A DNA stretch of 64,000 nt, taken from Eledone cirrhosa (lineage: Eukaryota). This document shows, one piece after another, positions 56,467 to 64,000 of the stretch (the stretch's first letter is position 1; each line of letters opens with the position of its first letter). The stretch lies in contig OZ024741.1 of NCBI GenBank assembly GCA_964016885.1, positions 218,550,001 through 218,614,000 of the forward strand, read 5' to 3'. The translations under genes and the position numbers were made by a program. A model generated the notes under the pieces. That model did not search any database and was not told the DNA's origin. It saw only the letters and a list, made by a program, of their open reading frames with translations.

Positions 56467-56884
56467 TGTCCAATGTAAAACGCTCGGTTCGATCCGCTAG
56501 AAAGTGTTTATGTGTATGTGTGGAGGTGCCCGTGTGTGTGTCACTGTGTGTGTCTGTATACGTGTGTGTTTGTCTCTGTGTGTGTCTGTGTATGTGTGTG
56601 TCTGTCTGTGTGTGTGTGTGTCTCTGCGTGTGTATGTGTGTATATGTATGTGTCTATGTGCATGTGTGTGTGTGTCATGTGTGGGGGTGTCTGTGTAGCT
56701 GTGTGTATATGTGTGTGTCTGTATGTGTGTCAGTGTGTGTGTGTCAGTATGTCTGTGCGTCAGTGTGTATATGTGTGTGGTGACCAGCTGACACCAGATG
56801 TCCATTTCTGTCTCTCCAGTTATTGTTTCACTCATCATTAAATCTGACAATTAACTGTAGAACTGCCGGGGGGGGGGGATACAA

Positions 56885-57035
56885 CACTAACAACAACAAC
56901 AACAACAGGAACAATAATAACAGCAATAATAACAGCAACAACAGCAACAACAACAGTTACAACAACAACAGTTACAACAACAGCAACAACAACAGCAACA
57001 CCAACAACAACAGTTACAACAACAACAGCAACGCC

Positions 57036-57093
<58 letters not shown>

Positions 57094-57689
57094 GCAGCAG
57101 CAGCAGCACAACTGTTGTGATGGTGGTGGCAGGGTATTGATGGTTGTGATAGGGTAGCTGGTGGTCATAGTGGTATTTGTGGGGATGGTGGTGTTGCTGT
57201 GATGATTGTCATTACGATGATGGTGATATTGACCATCATGATGATGTTGATGGTGATGATGGTGATGGTGATGGTGATGATGGTGATGATGATGATGATG
57301 GTGGTGATGATGGTGATGATGATGGTGATGGTGATGGTGATGATGGTGATGGTGATGTTGATGGTGATGGTGATGATGGTGATGGTGGTGATGATGGTGA
57401 TGATGATGGTGATGGTGATGGTGATGATGGTGATGGTGATGTTGATGATGGTGATGATGATGGTGATGATGATGGTGACGATGATATTGATAGTAATAAT
57501 TGTTTCTACTTTTGGCACAAGGCCAGCAATTATCCCACTGCATTACTGGTACTTTATTTTATCGACCCCGTAAGGATGAAAGGCAAAGTTAACTTTGGCG
57601 GGATTTGAACTCAGATCATAAAGGGAGGTAACACTATGCTTCAAAGCATGGCGTCCGACCCTCTACCGATACTGCCAAGTAATAATGAA

Positions 57690-57734
<45 letters not shown>

Positions 57735-58075
57735 GATGATATTGACCATGATGATGATGTTGATGATGGAGATGATGATGATGATGATGATGATGGTGAT
57801 GATGGTGATGATGATGATGATGATGGTGATGATGGTGATGATGATGATGATGATGGTGATGGTGATGATGATGATGATGATGATGATGATGGTGATGGTG
57901 ATGGTGATGATGATGATGATGATGATGATGGTGATGATGGTGATGATGATGATGGTGATGATGGTGATGATGATGATGGTGATGATGGCGATGGTGATGG
58001 TGATGGTGATGATGGTGATGATGACGGTGATGATGGTGATGATGATGATGGTGATGGTGATGATGATGATGACGG
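56885..58075. repeat. (CAA)n and (GAT/GGT)n microsatellites with an embedded minus-strand SINE (57497-57678)
   Basis: Directly visible; the SINE matches 5918-6107. Confidence 0.92.
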
Positions 58076-58119
58076 TGTCTTTATCCTTCTGCTTATATCC
58101 CTTCTATGTCTATTTCCAG

Positions 58120-58248
58120 CTTCCTCTCGAACATTGAACGTATCATGCAACAGAACTACCTGCCATCTCTCGCTGATATTCTACACATCAGAAAGACTAC
58201 AATCGGTGTTCAAGAGTCTGTATTCACGATAAACAAGGTGTCATTCCG
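58120..58248 (+). CDS. Internal exon (129 nt) of a heterotrimeric G-protein alpha subunit: end of helical domain and switch I
   Basis: Pyrimidine tract plus ttccag acceptor, gtaagt donor. Translates FLSNIERIMQQNYLPSLADILHIRKTTIGVQESVFTINKVSF(R), which aligns with G-alpha-i [43 protein letters not shown]. Confidence 0.93.
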
Positions 58249-58910
58249 GTAAGTGTTATTGTAAGTGTTAATGTAAGTGTTGTTGTTAGTGTTGCTGTCA
58301 GTGTTGTTGTTAGTGTTGCTGTCAGTGTTGTTGTAAGTGTTAATGTAAGTGTTGTTGTTAGTAAGTGTTGCTGTTAGACAGTGTTGATGTTAGTGTTGTT
58401 GTAAGTGTTAATGTAAGTGTTGTTGTTAGTAAGTGTTGCTGTTAGACAGTGTTGATGTTAGTGTTGTTGTAAGTGTTAATGTAAGTGTTGTTGTTAGTAA
58501 GTGTTGCTGTTAGACAGTGTTGCTGTCAGTGTTGTTGTAAATGTTAATGTAAGTGATGTTGTTAGTAAGTGTTGCAATTAGACAGTGTTGCTGTTAGTGT
58601 TGATGTTTGTCAGTGTTATTGTAAGTGTTAATGTAAGTGTTGTTTGTCAGTGTTGTTGTTAGTAAGTGCTGTGTAAGTGTTGCTGTTAACAGTGTTGCTG
58701 TTAGTCAGTGTTGTTGTTAGTAAGTGTTGTGTAAGTGTTGATGTCTGTCAGTATTGTTATAGTAAGTGTTTTGTAAGTGTTGTGTAAGTGTTATGTAAGT
58801 GTTGCTATTAGACAGTGTTGCTGTCAGTGTTGATGTTTGTCAGTGTTGTTGTTTGTAAGTGTTGCTGTTAGACAGTGTTCTTGTTCGTCAGTGTTGTGGT
58901 TAATAAGTGT
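58249..58910 (+). repeat. Degenerate ~12-nt minisatellite (gtaagtgttgtt-like)
   Basis: Directly visible; begins at the exon donor. Confidence 0.92.
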
Positions 58911-59320
58911 TACGAAGACGAATGACAGAAAATAGAAACAAATCAATGAATTGAAAAGTGAAACGACGATAACCACAGACAAAACAATTATTCACACCCG
59001 CAGAATGAATGAGTTCCACAGACATTACTATTTGCTTTTGCCGCCTCTACACTACTTATTCGACTATTTTTCAAAGTAACATGGGACTCGTGCATTATAT
59101 ATATATATAGTGTTAGAAATTTAAGGGAACACAAACAAGAAATAGACATTTTCCCTTCAGCAGTTGTCTACTACGGGTCACGGATGTTTCAGCGCATTAT
59201 AGACAATACATCTATCCGTAGCGCGCCCATAACTTATTATTAACTACATATGAGGGAAAGAAAAGGTAAATAATTTCTTGTTAATGTTTTTTCCTTTCCT
59301 TTTCTTTGAATGTTTTTCAG

Positions 59321-59450
59321 GTTTATTGATGTCGCTGGGCAAAAAAGTCAACGTAAAAAATGGATTCCATTTTTTGAAGGTGTCAGTGCAGTCATCTTCT
59401 TTGCTGCTCTCAGTGCTTTTGATGAGATTCTTGAAGAAGAGCCTGCTATG
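59321..59450 (+). CDS. Next exon (130 nt) of the G-alpha gene: G3 motif, switch II and III
   Basis: tttttcag acceptor, gtgag donor, phase-compatible with the previous exon (CG|G). Translates [43 protein letters not shown] versus G-alpha-i [43 protein letters not shown]. Confidence 0.95.
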
Positions 59451-59504
59451 GTGAGACTCCCAGTTGTTCTGTAGAATATCTTAACCAGTCTCTCATCTCC
59501 GATG

Positions 59505-59578
<74 letters not shown>

Positions 59579-59584
59579 CTGAAC

Positions 59585-59715
59585 AGAATTAGCCGTCGAA
59601 ACGGCTTGAGCTCAGCCGTCGGGGTCCTACTCGTTCCTATTACCCACTCTACTACCCTAAGTATTGAGTACTTTGGTGCGTTATAGTCCACCTGGTTCCT
59701 TACCACATTTCCTCC

Positions 59716-59768
<53 letters not shown>

Positions 59769-59889
59769 ATATATTTATATTTAGCGAGACACGGTCACCC
59801 GACCAACCTTGCCTCAAGTAGGACAACTCCCGTCTAAACCATGCTAGCGTGGAAGATGGACGTTAAATGAAGATGAATTATGATGATAA

Positions 59890-59941
<52 letters not shown>

Positions 59942-60080
59942 CGAAGGAAGTGTGGTAAGGATCCAGATGGACCATAACGCACCAGAAAACTCAATACTTA
60001 GGGTAGTAAAGTGGGTAATAGGAAAATGTTTAACCCCGACGGCAGAGCTCAAGCCGTTTCGACGGCTATTTCTGGACTCA
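59585..60080. mobile_element. Short PLE tail fragments in (TA)n (59585-59717 +, 59940-60078 -)
   Basis: Same family as ~20565-20662, 49610-49880 and 54753-55020. Carries GAAACGGC..GCCGUC. Confidence 0.7.
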
Positions 60081-60223
60081 TATATATATGTATGTATGTG
60101 CGTGTGTGTATAAATCAAAATGAAGGCAGTAGAAACCTGTTAGACCATTACTCACCAGAGTACTCGATACTTGAGGTAGTAGAGTGGGTAATATGAAAGA
60201 GTCGGTCTCGACTCACTCTCCCC

Positions 60224-60275
<52 letters not shown>

Positions 60276-60294
60276 ATGATGATGATGATGATGA

Positions 60295-60333
<39 letters not shown>

Positions 60334-60423
60334 CATACAAACTGGAGATATGGTCAATATTGGGCCTTGAAAAATTAGATAACGCTTTTGTTCCATGTAT
60401 GAACATAAATGAATAATATAATA

Positions 60424-60884
60424 TAATTGTTTCTACTTTTGGCACAAGGCCAGCAATTACCTAGTACATTACTGGTACTTTATTTTATCGACTCTGTAAG
60501 GATGAAAGGCAAAGTTAACCTCGGTGGAATTTAATATAATATAATATAATGTAATATAATATGATATAATATAATATAATATAATATAATATAATATAAT
60601 ATGATATAATATAATATAATATAATATAATATAATATAATATAATATAATATGATATAATATAATATAATATAATATGATATAATATAAGATATAATATA
60701 ATTGTTTCTACTTTAGGCACAAGGCCAGCAATTACCCAGTGCATTACTGGTACTTTATTTTATCAACCCCGTAAGGATGAAAGGCAAAGTCAACCTCGGC
60801 AGGATTTGAACTCAGATCGTAAAGGGACGTAACTATGCTGGAAAGCATGGCGTCCGACTCTCCACCGATACTGCCAATCCACCG
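60424..60884 (-). mobile_element. Two tRNA-derived SINEs (60424-60532 partial, 60699-60884) separated by (ATAAT)n
   Basis: Reverse complement of the 2271 SINE family. Confidence 0.9.
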
Positions 60885-61083
60885 TATATATATATGTATG
60901 TATGTAAAAACAGAAATAACAACACAATAGGTACAGTCTTTAGAAGGAATATATTAAGTTAATGCTTGAGATAGCAGGAAGAGGGTCTTCACGTTTCGGA
61001 TGCTAGTCATTCATCAAAAGAAAGAATGAGAAATAAGATAGATTGAGGGGACGGGCGGGTTGGAATGTATATATACATACACT

Positions 61084-61171
<88 letters not shown>

Positions 61172-61692
61172 CAGAGAGAGAGAGGAGAGAGAGAGATGAG
61201 ATATATGAAGATGTCATAGTTTATTTGAAACATTGTGTAAGTCATTTGAACGTTACAGCAATACAAAATGGACGATAGACTTTGAAAGAAATTTAAGGCA
61301 ATTAAGAAACAAAGGTGTTGGTGTCTCAGCTGTTACTTTATTTCAAAATCTACCGTCTATTTTGTATTGTCGTAGAATTTAAATAGCATACTGCTTTATA
61401 CATACACACAGACAGACACACACACACACACACACAGACACAGGCAACCACACACTCACACACATACACTTACACCCACACAGACAAACACACACTCACA
61501 CACACATACAAATGCCGATACACAAACACAAGCACACACACACACATATATATATGGCTTTGCTGATGATTTCCTTCGAATGAAACCATTCCAGTCCTGT
61601 AGAAGCCATTTCCATATTAAATTGTGTATATATATATATATATATATATATAAGAATTGAACTCACAACCTTTCAATATCATCATCATCATT

Positions 61693-63105
61693 TTATGTCC
61701 GCTTTTCCCTGCTTGCAAGGGTGGGACGGGTCTTATTCAGCACAGCATCTCTCCACTTGTCACGGTCTCTCGTCATCTCCACCGTGAGCTTCAATGATCT
61801 GAGGTCTGTTCTCACCACCTCCACCCATGTTTTTCGTGGTCTACCTCTATCACGTCTTCCTTCAACTGGCATTTCCTGGCACTTCTTCACCCATCGGTCA
61901 TCCTCCATGCGCATCACATGTCCATACCACCTCAGTCTCCTCTCCCGTACACTAAATTCTATCCCTCTCAGACACAGTCTCTCTCTCAACCCATTTATGC
62001 TGTGTCGTTCACGCACATTTACACTGCACATCCAACGGAGCATGCTTGCCTCATTTCTCTCCAGCCGTCGCATATCCTCTGCAGTTGCTGCCCATGTCTC
62101 ACTACCATGCAGCATCGCGCTTCTCACACAGGCATCATACAACCGGCCTTTCGTACGCAGGGAGAAACCCTTCTTCGTCAACAGAGGAAGCAGCTCCCTA
62201 AACTTCTTCCAACCCGTCATTATTCTAGATACTATGGCCTCGGAACACCCTCCTCCCATGCTAATCTGATCTCCTAGGTACCGGAAGCTATCCACCACTT
62301 CTATAGCGCCCTCTTGCATTTGAAAAATGTGTCTATCAGTGCGACTTCTACTGTCTAATTTCCCTGTACATCTACTGCATATGTACTTCTCCCTACCTGT
62401 TAGTTTGCCTGCTATCTCGCTACATCTCTTGTGTACCCAGGATCTGTATTGTGTGCATTTTATAGAATTTATGCCAGTTCCTTTTCTGCATATCGAACAT
62501 GGCCATTTCTCTGACGGAATCAGGGTTTTGTCCTCTTTTCTACTCATCAATACTTTTGTCTTAGCTAGATTCACTCTCAGTCCTCTTGCTTCCAACTGCT
62601 GTTTCCATAGCCAGAATTTATTCTCTAGCTCCTCTACTGATTCTGCTATAAGAACCAGATCGAGAAGTTCCCATGGACAGCCAGTCTTAAACTCCTCTGT
62701 TATGGCTTGGAGGACTATAATGAACAAGAGCGGGCTGAGGACCGAAGCCTGATATACTCCTACTTGTATCTGGAATTCCTCACTAAACTCCATTCCTACC
62801 CTGACTTTACTGAGAGTACCTCTGTACAAAGTTTGCACTGTCCTCACAAGCCATTCCTCAACACCTAGCTTCCTTAGGGACCACCAGATGACAGATCGGG
62901 GTACCCTATCAAAGGCCTTCTCTAGGTCAACAAAGGCTAAGTATAGTGGCTTATTCTTCTCTAAGAACCTCTCTTGCATTTGTCTCACCAAGAAGAGGGC
63001 ATCTGTTGTACCCTTCCCAGGCACAACACCAAACTGCATCTCATCTAGTTTGACCCTTATTTTAATTAGTTGTGCTAAAATCCTTTCTGCCACTTTCATA
63101 ACCTG
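61693..63105 (-). pseudogene. RTE LINE RT C-terminal part, 5'-truncated, YADD motif partly deleted
   Basis: DLEKAFDRVP, QASVLSPLLF, WELL-DLVL (YAD missing), [14 protein letters not shown]; (ATG)n tail. Confidence 0.92.
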
Positions 63106-63126
63106 AGTATATATATATATGTGTGT

Positions 63127-63410
63127 GGAGGCACATGGCTTAGTGGTTAGAGCATTGGGCTTGCAATTGAAAGGTTGTGAGTTCAATTCTTAGACCGGGT
63201 GATGTGTTGTTTCCTTGAGAAAGACACTTTATTTCACATTGTTCCAGTTTACTCAGCTGTAGAAATGCAGTGGAATGATAGGGACCCCAGTCCCTTTCAT
63301 TCCACTGCAGGAAAATCACCCAGACCACACTGTGAAATCGACGTGTAGGTGCCACGGCAAAAAAGCAGCCAGCACTCACTGTAAATGAGGTTGGTGTTAG
63401 GAAGGTCATC
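63127..63410 (+). mobile_element. tRNA-derived SINE, second family, 3'-truncated
   Basis: A and B boxes; matches 34900-35060. Confidence 0.85.
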
Positions 63411-63549
63411 ATATATAAGTTTATCCCGGGTTCAATCGAGGGTAAGCACAGTAAGTAAGGTACTCAATACATATTTAATATAGAAAGGCTTCCTAATGAT
63501 TTCTCTCGAATGAAACAGTTCTATTCCTGTAGAAGCCTTTCTATATTAA

Positions 63550-63585
<36 letters not shown>

Positions 63586-63632
63586 TTGTATGTATAAAGC
63601 AGTATCTGTGTGTATATGATATCATTAGTAAT

Positions 63633-63800
63633 AATTATTTCTACTCTTGGCACAAAGCCAGCAGTTATCCCATTGTATTACTGGTACTTTATATTATCAA
63701 CCCCGTAAGGATGAAAGGCAAAGTAAAGCTCGGCGGGATTTGAACTAAGATCATAAAGGGCCGTAACTCTATGCTTCAAAACATGGGGTCCGACCCTCTA
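63633..63800 (-). mobile_element. tRNA-derived SINE (Nin/Deu-like core)
   Basis: Reverse complement of 5918-6107. Confidence 0.88.
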
Positions 63801-64000
63801 CCGATACTGCCAATCCACCTCCCATTAGTAATAATATCAGTAGAAATCATGCTGCGTTATTTTACATTCGTAAAAAAGTTTGATATTTCCACTGTGGAGT
63901 ACACGTTAACTGAGTTTACTGTAAATATTTACGGATTGTGCACACATCTTGAGCTTGAAATCTTCTTGACATTTCTCGATTAAGCAGATTTCTCAGCTTA

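Larger units (their letters stand above)
48131..56508. repeat. Giant inverted duplication (arms 48131-52271 and 52356-56508, 84-nt spacer)
   Basis: Mirror-image ORFs and near-identical reverse-complement sequence throughout. Confidence 0.95.

Noticed and set aside
61245-61385. Imperfect ~45-bp inverted repeat
   Set aside because: Degenerate, with no TSD or motif; most likely an old fold-back remnant.

Overview
Eukaryotic, AT-rich and microsatellite-saturated DNA. The SINE families and repeat landscape resemble an octopod cephalopod (inference). Most ORFs in the supplied track are artefacts of (TA)n/(CA)n/(GAT)n repeats. Real content: (1) two spliced + strand exons (58120-58248, 59321-59450) of a divergent heterotrimeric G-protein alpha subunit, absent from the ORF track, so much of the window is probably intronic; (2) at least four families of Penelope-like elements (PLEs; RT with C-terminal GIY-YIG where preserved), one at the centre of an ~8.4 kb palindrome; (3) many short PLE 3'-end fragments inserted in (TA)n and carrying minimal type I hammerhead ribozymes of about 8 families, several with non-canonical cores; (4) a near full-length L1/Tx1-type LINE with intact ORF2 in a head-to-tail stack of five copies joined at GATA/TATC repeats; (5) RTE LINE fragments, tRNA-derived SINEs, a tandem repeat with a tRNA-like cloverleaf and a 200-N gap. 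Most notable: an HIV-like U_UUU_UUA -1 frameshift site joining two PLE ORFs, the variant ribozymes, and a minisatellite of about 25 GTAAGT splice donors starting exactly at the G-alpha 5' splice site. All calls were made by eye, with no searches or folding run.
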